Below are positions 10,388 through 21,362 of a DNA stretch of 64,000 bases, piece by piece. Both the position numbers and the translations under genes were made by a program. This DNA comes from an uncultured Pseudomonadota bacterium (GTDB taxonomy: Bacteria; Oederibacteriota; Muellerivitia; Muellerivitales; Muellerivitaceae). Numbering within the stretch: the stretch's first letter is position 1; every line of letters starts with the position of its first letter. The DNA is taken from NCBI GenBank assembly GCA_963836235.1, contig CAWIIP010000002.1, forward strand, positions 480,001 through 544,000, read 5' to 3'. Under the pieces are notes generated by a model. The model did not search any database and was not told the origin of the DNA. It saw only the letters and a program-made list of their open reading frames with translations.

Positions 10388-10923
10388 CCTGGGAGTTTTT
10401 CCCGAACTTTTTCAATCAACTTTTGCCTTGCCCGAAATAACCCTGATGTGACACTACCTACCGGTATCTTCAAGCGGTTCGCGATGGATTCGTAAGAGAG
10501 TCCTTTGATTTCCCGCAGGGTGATCAGTTCCTTGTCCCTTCCCTCCAGTTTTTGGATTTCTTCCCGGAGCATCAGAAGGGCTTCTTCAGGATAAGGCGTT
10601 GTTTGTTCTCTAGACGGGTGACTGGCAAAAAAATCCACTGAAAAGGGCATTGTTTTTTTCTTCTTTTCCAAAAAATCCCGGCAAAGATTAACCGCGATAT
10701 GGTTCAACCAAGTGGCCAAGGAACACTCAAATCGGAAGTTTTCAAGGTTTTTAAGGGCTTTTATGAATGTTTCCTGAACCATATCCTCGACTTCGCTGTC
10801 GCTTCCCAGGAAATACCAACAGGCACGGATAAGGGGTTTTTTATGGGTGTTGTAGAGTTCTTGGAAAGCGGCGGCATGACCTTTGAGAATGCGCTTAACA
10901 AGTTCCTTTTCGTTTGGATTCAA
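10366..10923 (-). CDS. ECF RNA polymerase sigma factor
   Basis: EDMVQETFIKA, FRFECSLATWL (region 2); LREIKGLSYESIA...GSVTSGLFRAR (region 4). Confidence 0.92.
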   Translation of the reverse strand: MNPNEKELVKRILKGHAAAFQELYNTHKKPLIRACWYFLGSDSEVEDMVQETFIKALKNLENFRFECSLATWLNHIAVNLCRDFLEKKKKTMPFSVDFFASHPSREQTTPYPEEALLMLREEIQKLEGRDKELITLREIKGLSYESIANRLKIPVGSVTSGLFRARQKLIEKVREKLPGWEERSS

Positions 10924-11039
10924 GGAAATTCCTCAAATATGGACTATAGGCATATAGATCCCGTTGGAAGACGATAAAATTATACAAAATAAAAGGCAAT
11001 TAGGGCATGAGAAGGAAGGTAAAAGGCAAAGTAAGATTT

Positions 11040-12944
11040 TTATTGTCCCAAATGGTCAATAGTATCCATCATCTGATTAACGATGGCCATCATACGAGAA
11101 TTGGTGTCAAAACCTCTCTGAGCGACGATCATATTGCTAAGTTCGGTTGTTAAATCCACATTGGATCCTTCCAAAGAATCATCCTGTACCGCTCCAAAAT
11201 TTCCCTGCCCCGCTATCCCTATGTGGGAAGTACCCGTATTGGAAGACAAGGTGAAATCATTGTTTCCAGCTTGGCTCAAGCCCTCGGGATTTTGAACTTG
11301 CTCTAAGGCTACTTGGGCCAGGCCCAAGGTTTGACCATTGGAAAAAGCTCCTTCAATCACCCCTGTCGGATCGAAGGAAAGACCCTGCAATTGCCCTTCT
11401 GCATATCCGTCTTGCGAAGCCGCATAAACCGTGTTGTTGGGCACATAGTTGTTCACTCCGTTGACCATCTTATAGCTTCCGTCCGCGTCGCTATAAAGAC
11501 CGTTCCTTTCACCCGTACCCAACAACCCAAAGTCCCCAAAATTAAGGGAAATAACCGTAATCTCGGCTCCCTGGGTGGGAATGGCGGAAACAGGAGGATT
11601 CGAATTTTCGGGCGGAAGATAAATGCGGGGAATGGACATGTAGTTAAAATTCAACCCGGCAACCCCCTGAACCCCTCCGACCCCTCCACTGGAAGCTAGC
11701 GAACCATCCGTGTTGAACCATAAAAAGTCACCGAAAAAACCTTGGCCAAAAAGGCCCCGGTCATAGGTAAATATCTGTCCTGGTACGGAAAAATCTCCTT
11801 CCCCGATTCCTGTTCCACCGACTAGGTCGGCCGTGCTGACGGACTGGCCACCGGTCGTGTCAAAGGCGTACCAAGCATAGCAGACCTGATTAGGGCCACT
11901 GGGATTGTTGATGCCATCGGCCCCCAAGTCATTGACCTGATAAAACTGGACGGTGATTTGACGGGCATTCCCGTTGGAATCGTAAACGGTCTCGTTCATC
12001 TGATCGGCTGGCGGAATAGGCGGCTGTTGGTCCCACAAGTAACTTCCCGCATAAGCTTGGGCGGTTCCTAAATTAATGTATCCATTTTCCAAAGGGGCTG
12101 GAGGAGGATTGATGCCTGGAATAAAAGTATCAAGATTTTGGACCTGTTGCAGGGTAAAACCACCCGTGGCTGTCGGCTGAAGCGTCATGCGGTTCGTATC
12201 AATCCCATTGTTGAGGGGCGGAATATTCAGGGCAAGGGCAAGGCCGATGGGGAGAGTGGGTTTCCAAGTGGGAGGAGGGCCCAAAAAATAGTTGGGGACC
12301 AAATCCAAAACATTCGGCTGTTGAAGGGCATCTAAGTTGCCCTTAAAAGAGACTTCTGTGGTGGCTTTGGGCGCCAAGGTCATCTGAGGATCAATTTGAA
12401 TGCTTTGGGTACTGGAAATTTCGGCGGAGTTCAAATTCAATTCCGCATTGGTAACTTGCGCGAATCCTCCATTCCTAGCGGAGTTGATGATGGTGGGGGC
12501 ATACTGCAAAGTGGCATTGATGCCTTGGATTCGGTCCCCATTGGCGTTGACCAGATAACCCTGACTATCGAAAGTCAGGTTTCCCGCTCGGGTCAAATAG
12601 CTCTGGTTACCTTGTTTGGCGACTAGAAACCCATTCCCTTGAATAGAGATATCCGTGGTGATCCCGGTGTTGATCGTCGTTCCCTGGGTAAAGATCGTTT
12701 CAATTGAAGCTAATCTTGTTCCCAATCCAACCTGCCGCGGGTCAACACCTCCCTGCCCAGTGGATGGATTATCTCCTGAACCGCTTAATAAGGTTTGACT
12801 GAACTGATTAGCAAATTCAGCTCGGCTGGCCTTATAAGCCACCGTGTTGACGTTGGAAATATTGTTTCCAATCACATCCAGCCATTGGCTGTCGGATTGC
12901 AACCCAGAAATAGAGCTAAACATGGCCTGAAGGCCCATGAACAT
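11040..12944 (-). CDS. flgE: Flagellar hook protein FlgE
   Basis: SGL...LDVIGNNISNVNTVAYK, GNGFL...YLTRAGN, VYDSNG, LEGSNVDLTTELSNMIVAQRGF. Confidence 0.88.
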   Translation of the reverse strand: MFMGLQAMFSSISGLQSDSQWLDVIGNNISNVNTVAYKASRAEFANQFSQTLLSGSGDNPSTGQGGVDPRQVGLGTRLASIETIFTQGTTINTGITTDISIQGNGFLVAKQGNQSYLTRAGNLTFDSQGYLVNANGDRIQGINATLQYAPTIINSARNGGFAQVTNAELNLNSAEISSTQSIQIDPQMTLAPKATTEVSFKGNLDALQQPNVLDLVPNYFLGPPPTWKPTLPIGLALALNIPPLNNGIDTNRMTLQPTATGGFTLQQVQNLDTFIPGINPPPAPLENGYINLGTAQAYAGSYLWDQQPPIPPADQMNETVYDSNGNARQITVQFYQVNDLGADGINNPSGPNQVCYAWYAFDTTGGQSVSTADLVGGTGIGEGDFSVPGQIFTYDRGLFGQGFFGDFLWFNTDGSLASSGGVGGVQGVAGLNFNYMSIPRIYLPPENSNPPVSAIPTQGAEITVISLNFGDFGLLGTGERNGLYSDADGSYKMVNGVNNYVPNNTVYAASQDGYAEGQLQGLSFDPTGVIEGAFSNGQTLGLAQVALEQVQNPEGLSQAGNNDFTLSSNTGTSHIGIAGQGNFGAVQDDSLEGSNVDLTTELSNMIVAQRGFDTNSRMMAIVNQMMDTIDHLGQ

Positions 12945-13177
12945 TCCGCCAAATCGGATTTTTTAGGATCGAGGGTCGTTTAGACGAAGTAATCCAACTG
13001 TTTCTAACGGTTTTTTTCTTTAAAACATGAGCTTATTAAGGGATTGAATCAAAAAAATTCACGGTTGTGGATAACTTTTTCAGTCGGAATGTCCTGAAAA
13101 AACCATTAAAAAGCAGGAATTAAGAACTAATGTCCCTGTTCGGAAGGTTAATGGCCCCTCCGTTCCATTTCTAAATT

Positions 13178-13215
13178 AAAAAAGCCGATCCCCCTTAAGG
13201 AAGAACCGGCTTTAT
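13178..13215 (-). terminator. Probable intrinsic terminator after the SET gene
   Basis: AAAGCCG...CGGCTTT stem with a U-tract on the minus strand. Confidence 0.5.
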
Positions 13216-13238
13216 TCAAAAAAAACAGCAGCAATCCA

Positions 13239-13769
13239 TTAATTGGAAGCAGCTGTCATCTTTTTACGGTATTGAGGCCCGACTTGAACCATTCCTGAAC
13301 AATTTGCCGACCCACATTGACACTTGAACTCATAACTCCAATTACCCACATTATCGGTATAGCGATAATCCCAGCTGATCTCCTCTCCCGCTGGAATATC
13401 TCGGGTAGAGATCAACACGATTCCGTTGACCACTTTGGCGCTCGGGTCACAGGCATGGTTAACGAAACAAAGGGGATCACAACCATTCTCATAATCGTGA
13501 AGCATGATGAACCCAGGATAAATGTACATCGCGTGGTCAATGTTCAACCTATCCGCGGGAATCGTACGAGTCAGCGTTTCGATTTCGTCTTCTGGAACCA
13601 CAATCCCACCGAATACACCGACAACCTCATTCTCTTTGATATCACGTATGGCATAAACGCCCTTACCTTCCATACCGCTTTGCTTAACCTCCACTGCGTC
13701 GCTAACCCAAGGCTTAATTTTCATTGGATTTTGTTCAACCATCCTTTTTACAGTTTGGCCGGTCCCCAA
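13239..13769 (-). CDS. SET-domain protein with post-SET motif
   Basis: GKGVYA, FVNHACDP, GEEISWDY, CQCGSANC. Confidence 0.9.
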   Translation of the reverse strand: MGTGQTVKRMVEQNPMKIKPWVSDAVEVKQSGMEGKGVYAIRDIKENEVVGVFGGIVVPEDEIETLTRTIPADRLNIDHAMYIYPGFIMLHDYENGCDPLCFVNHACDPSAKVVNGIVLISTRDIPAGEEISWDYRYTDNVGNWSYEFKCQCGSANCSGMVQVGPQYRKKMTAASN

Positions 13770-13937
13770 ACCCGGTCCTTAATGGGGGAGATTCTAGCTC
13801 AAACCCCCTGGAGGGTTCATCGGTTCTTTAGGATTTTTTAGGCCGGTTTTAAAGGGTTTTTGAAAGGACTACTAGGCCACCAGAGACCCGTCTCCGAGCC
13901 TAGAAGTCCGGGTTTCTCCGGTCCCTCGATCTTTTCG

Positions 13938-14405
13938 TCAAATATGGCAGGAACCCAGGCCTCGTTTGGCAAGATATTGCTGGTGATAATCCTCGGCTTT
14001 CCAAAAAATGGCAGCCGGAACGATTTGGGTCACGATTGGACTCTTATAACCGGTCTTCTGAAGTTTTTCCTTCGATTCCTTAGCGGCCTTTTCTTGTTTT
14101 GAATCATGAAAAAAAATAACTGACCGGTATTGGGAACCAATATCCGGGCCCTGCCGATTCAAAGAAGTCGGATTATGGCTATGCCAAAACACATCCAATA
14201 ATTGTTCGAAGGAAACCTGTTTAGGATCATATTCGACCTGAACCACCTCAGCATGGCCAGTCCGATCGGTGCATACGTCTTTATAGGTGGGAGAATTCGT
14301 GATGCCGCCTTCATAACCAACAGCGGTTGAAACAACTCCTTGCATCTGCCGAAAAGTCTCTTCAACCCCCCAAAAACATCCCGCTCCAAATGTGGCTTTT
14401 TCCAT
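13938..14405 (-). CDS. msrA: Peptide-methionine (S)-S-oxide reductase
   Basis: [29 protein letters not shown]. Confidence 0.97.
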   Translation of the reverse strand: MEKATFGAGCFWGVEETFRQMQGVVSTAVGYEGGITNSPTYKDVCTDRTGHAEVVQVEYDPKQVSFEQLLDVFWHSHNPTSLNRQGPDIGSQYRSVIFFHDSKQEKAAKESKEKLQKTGYKSPIVTQIVPAAIFWKAEDYHQQYLAKRGLGSCHI

Positions 14406-14493
14406 GAAAATTCCTCTCTCACTTTTTGACATAAATGAATTCTAATAAAAGTGTTCTTTTTAATTAATACTCCCCAGAAATTAAGGAGGTTAC

Positions 14494-17034
14494 TTATTTT
14501 AGGATTAAGAGTTTAGAAATCCAGTGGTTGGAGGGAGTTGTGACAAGAACGTAATAAATGCCATTTGCCCCTGAAGACCCAATGAAATTATCCGGATCGA
14601 GGCTGAAATAGAAATTTCCGGCCGGCACAAAATGGCTTGTATTCTCATAAACCCTTCGGAATGCCGTGGTGAAAACCTTCACGGTCACAAAATCGTGGGG
14701 ATTGCTAAAAGAAATGGACAAAGTGACTGTACCAGACCCTTTCAAGGGATTCGGATAGAGAATTGGGGTTGCCATTATAGAAGCCGGTATCGTTTCTGTT
14801 GCGGTGGGTGTCAACGTACCTGCGGCTGTAACCGTCGGAGTAAGGGTGGGTGTCCAACTCACGGTCGAGGACACTAAGGGTGTCTCTGAAAGAGTCGGAG
14901 AGGTTGTATAGCTTGAAGTGGGAGTGATACTGGGTGTCATAGTTGAATTTTCCGTAACCGTACTTGAAGGTGAAGCCGTTGGCGTTGAGGTGAAGCTTAA
15001 TGTTGGAGTTCTGGTCGGGCTATTACTGGGCGTCGTTGAAGCCGTATCAGTAGAGGAAAAAGTCGGTGTCAAAGTAGGTGAATTCGTGACACTGGATGTA
15101 GGAGTGACAGTTACTGTAAAAGTAGAAGTCCATGTCAGGTTAGGCGTATCAGTCACTGTTGAGGTTGAAGTCAGGGTGGGTGTGGAGGTAGGTGTTCCCG
15201 TCAATGTCGGCGTGGAAGAAGGGCTATCGGAGGGGGTCAAACTGGGGGTAAAGGTTGGTGTCGGACTGTTCGTGGGAGTAGCGCTGAAGGTGAACGTGGA
15301 CGTAAGGGTGCTGGTGGATGTCACAGTGAAAGTAGGCGTTAAAGTCGGGGTTCCGGTTTGGGTGGGTGTCTCGGTGATGGTCTGGGTAGGCGTCAAGGTG
15401 AAAGTGCTGGTAGGCGTTCCCGAATCGGTGGCGGTGGCTGTTAATGTAGGCGTTCCGGTTATGGAATTGGTAGGACTGTTCGTTGGCGTGGAGGTAATGG
15501 TCGGAGTTCCGGAAGCTGTCCAAGATGGAGTTGTTATTGGGGAATAAGTGGGAGTAGCCGTACTCCCGAGGGGACAATAACTGGCATATATCGGGTCATA
15601 AATGTCGATTCCCACGTTGTAAGAAACGGGATAACTGGAAGCCTTTGCGTCGAAACCATAAGAATTCACTAGGCTCTGGGGAGCGTAGGCTAACGAGTTG
15701 GTAACGGGAGACGAGGCGGTCTGGTAATTCAAGACATAACTCGTGGGCGCGGAAAAGATATAAGCGAGCCAATAGTTTCCGGGAGATAAAACGGTGGCTG
15801 GAATACTAAAACTGTTCCATCCCGAAACCATCGTTTGCGGATTGGCAGGATCGGATTGACCAATGAGGGAACCCATCAAGGAAACGGACTGTGAAGTATA
15901 AATCCCAACCACTGCCTTTGTTCCAGAGCTTTGAGGAAGGCAATAAAGCGAAATGGTTTCCACATTGCCTGTGACCGGCAGGTTATAAACACAGGCCCGT
16001 AAACCGTAAAGGTAACTGGTGGCAGGTCCACTGGAGGCCATAGTAACCGCGTTGCCGAAAAGCATGGCCAAGGCGCCACAATCGGGTGTCAAGCTTGGAT
16101 TGGGCGTGAATGAAATAGTAAAAGTTGCCGTAGGAGTCCAGGTCGTGGTGGCTGAAGGGGTATTGGTAGGGCTAGGAGTACTGGTGAATATAGTTCCAGT
16201 ATTGGTAGGGGTAAAAGTGGGGGTCAAGGTTGGGCTGAGGGTGGGTGTATTCGAAAGAGTAGGCGTATTCGAGGGAGTGGGCGTAATGGTAGGTGCGTCG
16301 CAATAAACCGCATAGATGGTATCAGAGATATAAGGGCTTGCCGAATCGTAAGAAATGGTGGCCGGCATATTGGTCGGCATGGTTCCAAACGTTACTGAAC
16401 CAGAGGTATAAGCCAAAGCGTTGGCGGTTGTGGAAGTATTCCAGTAAACCGCGTGACTGACGGTCGTATTGTAACAATAGGCCAACCAATAATTTCCAGG
16501 GCCAAGATAAGTTGGTGTAATGGAAATCCCATTCCATCCCACAATTGTAGTTTGGGCCGCCGATGAAACGACCAGGCCCCCGATATTACTCGCCGGACCG
16601 CTATATATTCCCGCCATGACCTGGATACCGGAAGTGGGGCACTCTAACCATAAACTGTAAACCGTGGCTGGGGCGTTCAAATTGAACATGCTGGCTCTCA
16701 TCGTATTCGAGGAAAGCCCGTTGCTTGAAAAACTTGTGATCCCCAGAATATTAGCCGAAGCTCCACAGGGGGGCGTCAAAGTAGGATTGGGGGTGAAAGA
16801 AAATGTAGGTGTACCGGTATCAGTTGGGGTGCCGCTTGGAGTCCGGGTAAGGGTGAGGGTGGGAGTATTCGTAATGGTGTGTGTCGCCGTAATCGTCGGG
16901 CTGTCCGTCGGCGTACGAGTGGGAGTCTTGGTCGCCTGCGCCAAAATTATGGCTGGCAATCCCCAATAAATGAGACATAGTAAGGTAGGTATATATAAGC
17001 GTTGAACCAAAACCATTCTCATTATCCCTTTCAA
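14494..17034 (-). CDS. Large secreted Thr/Pro-rich protein with two repeated beta domains and T9SS-like C-terminal domain
   Basis: Signal peptide; TPT stalks; duplicated GWN...LxPGNYWLAY module; ILYPNP...VTVKVFTTAFR...NGIYYV. Confidence 0.8.
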   Translation of the reverse strand: MKGIMRMVLVQRLYIPTLLCLIYWGLPAIILAQATKTPTRTPTDSPTITATHTITNTPTLTLTRTPSGTPTDTGTPTFSFTPNPTLTPPCGASANILGITSFSSNGLSSNTMRASMFNLNAPATVYSLWLECPTSGIQVMAGIYSGPASNIGGLVVSSAAQTTIVGWNGISITPTYLGPGNYWLAYCYNTTVSHAVYWNTSTTANALAYTSGSVTFGTMPTNMPATISYDSASPYISDTIYAVYCDAPTITPTPSNTPTLSNTPTLSPTLTPTFTPTNTGTIFTSTPSPTNTPSATTTWTPTATFTISFTPNPSLTPDCGALAMLFGNAVTMASSGPATSYLYGLRACVYNLPVTGNVETISLYCLPQSSGTKAVVGIYTSQSVSLMGSLIGQSDPANPQTMVSGWNSFSIPATVLSPGNYWLAYIFSAPTSYVLNYQTASSPVTNSLAYAPQSLVNSYGFDAKASSYPVSYNVGIDIYDPIYASYCPLGSTATPTYSPITTPSWTASGTPTITSTPTNSPTNSITGTPTLTATATDSGTPTSTFTLTPTQTITETPTQTGTPTLTPTFTVTSTSTLTSTFTFSATPTNSPTPTFTPSLTPSDSPSSTPTLTGTPTSTPTLTSTSTVTDTPNLTWTSTFTVTVTPTSSVTNSPTLTPTFSSTDTASTTPSNSPTRTPTLSFTSTPTASPSSTVTENSTMTPSITPTSSYTTSPTLSETPLVSSTVSWTPTLTPTVTAAGTLTPTATETIPASIMATPILYPNPLKGSGTVTLSISFSNPHDFVTVKVFTTAFRRVYENTSHFVPAGNFYFSLDPDNFIGSSGANGIYYVLVTTPSNHWISKLLILK

Positions 17035-17170
17035 AGCGTGGTTATTCTAACGGCTTTTAAAGGGAAAACTTGATAAAACCAGCTATTAGTTAGGTATTTA
17101 CCCTTATCAACAAGTTCTATTACCAGCAAAACATTCATCTTTCATGAGCCTTAACCCCTGAAAGAAATTT

Positions 17171-17881
17171 CTACTCATTCGCCCAATAAACCACCAAATC
17201 GCCGACAAAAACCCCTGGTCCATTTTCTTTAATCGTCTCGATCCCAAGATCCAACTCGATTCTTTGTTTCAATTGACTGTTATTCAGTCGAAAATCCGCC
17301 TTGAGGTTCAATGTGGTTCGAACCTCGAAATCGATTTTAATTTTAGGGAAATTAGGTTTAGGCGGATAAGAAAAAAATGCCCTCATTTCCCGTTTTTCCT
17401 CTGATTTAGGAGGCTTATTGGATTTGGACGCATCGGTAGCCGCCACAATCCGGTACACACTGACAGCGTTCGGGTCTTTTAGATTAACTTGGATCGCCTT
17501 AAACCAGCCAGGATATTGCTCCGAATCCACTGGAGAATAAATCATATCAAGGGGATGGACCGCGGCTTTTCCACCTTGCGAGTCATCGTTCACCATCACG
17601 CCGCTGATGTAAACGGACTTGCTTTGCATGTTCTGCACAGACTGAAAAAAAACCTGCCGCCCCGAGGTCTCTAACCTCACCTTAAGTTCCAGATGGCCGC
17701 TGGTATTCGCAACTTTGTTTCGATTCAAAAGGTACTGCTTGTCATCGGGAACAAACCTCGCGGTGAATTCACCTTCTGGGTTTACACCGGGAACTCCGGT
17801 TAATTTGCCCGCAACATTTGAGAGATACACATTACAATCCACAAGTGGGTTTTTCTTGCCAAACATGTCCATAAAGCCCAT
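17171..17881 (-). CDS. Hypothetical protein
   Basis: Long ORF; GAGGAGG RBS before ATG 17881. Confidence 0.6.
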   Translation of the reverse strand: MGFMDMFGKKNPLVDCNVYLSNVAGKLTGVPGVNPEGEFTARFVPDDKQYLLNRNKVANTSGHLELKVRLETSGRQVFFQSVQNMQSKSVYISGVMVNDDSQGGKAAVHPLDMIYSPVDSEQYPGWFKAIQVNLKDPNAVSVYRIVAATDASKSNKPPKSEEKREMRAFFSYPPKPNFPKIKIDFEVRTTLNLKADFRLNNSQLKQRIELDLGIETIKENGPGVFVGDLVVYWANE

Positions 17882-18103
17882 AAGTCCTCCTCGATAAAAA
17901 AACATTCGACAACTATGATACCTCCATTTTCTTGAAATTTCGGACGCTTTCACAACAACTTAAAAACAAAAAGTGGTCGTATTTTAAACACTATTTTTTG
18001 GGCGCCACATTCATTATTGACTTCACAAAATCACCGCACTAAACCAGTGTTAGATTCGTATTTGTTTTAATGACATTACATCCAACTCATACGGCGGGAA
18101 ACT

Positions 18104-18433
18104 TTGGGCTCCGAAAAACGATCAACCAAGAGAAAAGAGTTTCATGGACTGGTTCAAATGGATGATCCAGGGGGCTCTCAGATAAAAAATTCCTCTGAAA
18201 ATGAAAGCCATCCCCTTCATCTAACGGCCATCAATATCAGCAAGGATGGCATTTGCCTGAGAACTGAGTATTTCTTTATCCCTGATCACTTATTTCAGCT
18301 GGATTTCAGTTTTATGGATAAAAACATTCATACTCTAGCCCGGGTGGTATGGTCGGAAAAAACCGCCTGCGGCCTCCAATTTTTGAATCCAAATGAACTT
18401 GCTGAAATCTTCGAAAAAGTGCCGAATGATTAG
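18104..18433 (+). CDS. PilZ-domain protein
   Basis: EKRSTKR (RxxxR), NISKDG, ARVVW, GLQF. Confidence 0.8.
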   Translation: MGSEKRSTKRKEFHGLVQMDDPGGSQIKNSSENESHPLHLTAINISKDGICLRTEYFFIPDHLFQLDFSFMDKNIHTLARVVWSEKTACGLQFLNPNELAEIFEKVPND

Positions 18434-18563
18434 AGATAATATCCACTAATACGGCGAACCCATTTTTTTCCCCGTTCGAATCCCTTTCCCACTTAATCCC
18501 TTGAATATTGGTCAGGATTGCTTCTATTGTTGGCTTGAACCATCCAATACGCAGGAGGCTTTT

Positions 18564-19550
<987 letters not shown>

Positions 19551-19564
19551 GAATCGTTCAGAAG

Positions 19565-20344
19565 CTAAGAATTTTTAGGCGCCGGCTCGGATGCGCCGCC
19601 GAATTGCGTCGCGGCATTTCCATAAAAGGTCATCGTGCCCGTATGGGACAATCGGCTTTGAAGGTCAATCCAAATTTCCCCGCCTAAATCGGTCCATCGG
19701 CGGCAAAAACTGTAGTCCTCGCTCAAATAAACGCCGGTTTTCTTTTCAATAAAACAATTAAAAAGTCCGGATCGCCACTTGCTGCCACGAAGGGGGTCCT
19801 CGGCCTGATGTTCCCGAGTGTAATGAAGTTCCGGATAAGCCTCGATCATCTTGATCAATGCCTCTCTTTTAATCATCATGAAACCTGTACCGGCATAACG
19901 AACCTTGGCAAATCCATTTTTGGATTCAATCTTGGCGGGATCTTGAAACTCCATGACATAAGACAAGGAAGCCGATTCCAGGTTCCCCATTCCCGCCTTT
20001 GCCATAAGTTCCACCTTCTCCCAATCAACGCGCTTCGTGGGATAAACCCCAGCCGCCAAATCGGCATTGAAATCCAAAAGCCGGAAAACTTGCTCTGGGC
20101 CAAAGGAAATGTCGGCATCCACAAACAATAAATGGGTACCGGAACTTTCAAGAAAATGGGCCACGACATTTTGCCGGGCCCTCGTAATCAAGGCGTCCCC
20201 TGATAGCAGGTTAACACTTAAGTCGGTATTTCCCCTCTGGATACAAGCATGCTGAAGCCGCATAAGGGAAGTGGCAAAAAGGCTGGTCACAAGGCCCCCG
20301 TAACAGGGCGTTCCGATGACCAGATGGGTACGGGGTTGGGACAT
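19565..20344 (-). CDS. GT-A-like glycosyltransferase-related protein
   Basis: GTPCYGG, LITRAR, LLFVDADI (DxD), GTGFMMIKR, LSEDYSFC. Confidence 0.7.
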   Translation of the reverse strand: MSQPRTHLVIGTPCYGGLVTSLFATSLMRLQHACIQRGNTDLSVNLLSGDALITRARQNVVAHFLESSGTHLLFVDADISFGPEQVFRLLDFNADLAAGVYPTKRVDWEKVELMAKAGMGNLESASLSYVMEFQDPAKIESKNGFAKVRYAGTGFMMIKREALIKMIEAYPELHYTREHQAEDPLRGSKWRSGLFNCFIEKKTGVYLSEDYSFCRRWTDLGGEIWIDLQSRLSHTGTMTFYGNAATQFGGASEPAPKNS

Positions 20345-20678
20345 ACGCTTATATTACTTGAAGTTCTAGGCCTTTGCAGGCGGAAAAATCGTCGATTTTC
20401 TTGTGTGAAGAAATTTTATTTTCTTCGTGATGAATTCTCTCCAACAGAACCTGAAAGCCAAAAAGTCTAAGGCGAAAATAAATTCGCCCATTCTTTAATC
20501 CGCATAGAGAAAAACCATCGAAACTTTATCCTAAATTGGGGCCTACACTACATCCCATGGTAGTTCCACGCCATTGAAACCGGGCCTAGCATTATTTTCC
20601 CTCTATTAACCATATTTTCGGGGCGCAAGGGCTATACTTAAGGAGATAAAAATTTAGAGCGTGAAGGGATAAGTCAAA

Positions 20679-20939
20679 ATGGAAATTAATGAAAAAGATT
20701 TGGGGAAAATCGTTCAACTACCCGTCAAGCCCGAATGGGGTTTGGGTATCATTAGCAAGATCGAGAACCGCTTCGCTTTTATAATCTTCCGAAGCACCGA
20801 AGAAAAAACAGCCAAAAAATACTATCGGGTCGAAAACCCTTTGAAATTGGCTTCTGACCAGGTCCAGCCGGATCTCACCAAAAGAGCCCGCGCGAAAAAC
20901 AAAAAGGTAAAAGTGCTCGCCATCCAGCCTACCGAATAA
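20679..20939 (+). CDS. DUF3553-like small protein
   Basis: V.LPVKPEWGLGII motif. Confidence 0.55.
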   Translation: MEINEKDLGKIVQLPVKPEWGLGIISKIENRFAFIIFRSTEEKTAKKYYRVENPLKLASDQVQPDLTKRARAKNKKVKVLAIQPTE

Positions 20940-20993
20940 TCGGCATCCAGTTACCAGTCTTTTTCTTCAAAATGGATCTGATTCATGAAAAAA

Positions 20994-21040
20994 ATGGCGG
21001 GGTTGACGGGGCTCGAACCCGCGACCTCCTGCGTGACAGG
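20994..21040 (-). repeat. att site: duplicated 3' part of tRNA-Asp
   Basis: 47 bp identical to 29673-29719, then diverges. Confidence 0.95.
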
Positions 21041-21165
21041 AACTCGGAAGCTTTCGCCGACCTCGCCGGTTGAGTTAGTAATAAAATTCAGTCCCCAGCA
21101 CAATTTCAAAGGCCTTTGCCTGTAAGGGTTTTATGACCCAAGCAAGCTGAGGCCTTTTTTTGTAC

Positions 21166-21336
21166 GCGACGGTCAAGGACACGTTGCGACGGTCAAAACC
21201 CGATTTTGACGGTCGAGTTTGACACGTATATGACGCGAGCCGTCCCCCTCAACGAAATAAATCGACCTCCTGTTTTCCATGGAGGAGGTCAAGAATTCCT
21301 GCGATTTCCTCTACCCTTTGTCATATTCGTGTCAAA
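21166..21336. promoter_or_regulatory. Putative integrase arm-type and Xis binding sites
   Basis: GACGGTC at 21168/21188/21208; TTTGACACGnATATGAC at 21218 and inverted at 21320-21336; third copy at 29608. Confidence 0.65.
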
Positions 21337-21362
21337 TCATAGGTCCAAAAAGTCGACTTTAT

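Noticed and set aside
13066-13074. Perfect DnaA box TGTGGATAA suggesting oriC
   Set aside because: Single box noticed, no cluster and no dnaA/dnaN context.
14918-16969. Val/Gly-rich plus-strand ORFs (also 8959-9360)
   Set aside because: Antisense readings of Thr/Pro codon repeats in the real minus-strand genes.
20995-21040. Second tRNA-Asp gene
   Set aside because: Only the 3' 46 nt are present; the D-arm and 5' acceptor strand are missing. It is an att duplicate.
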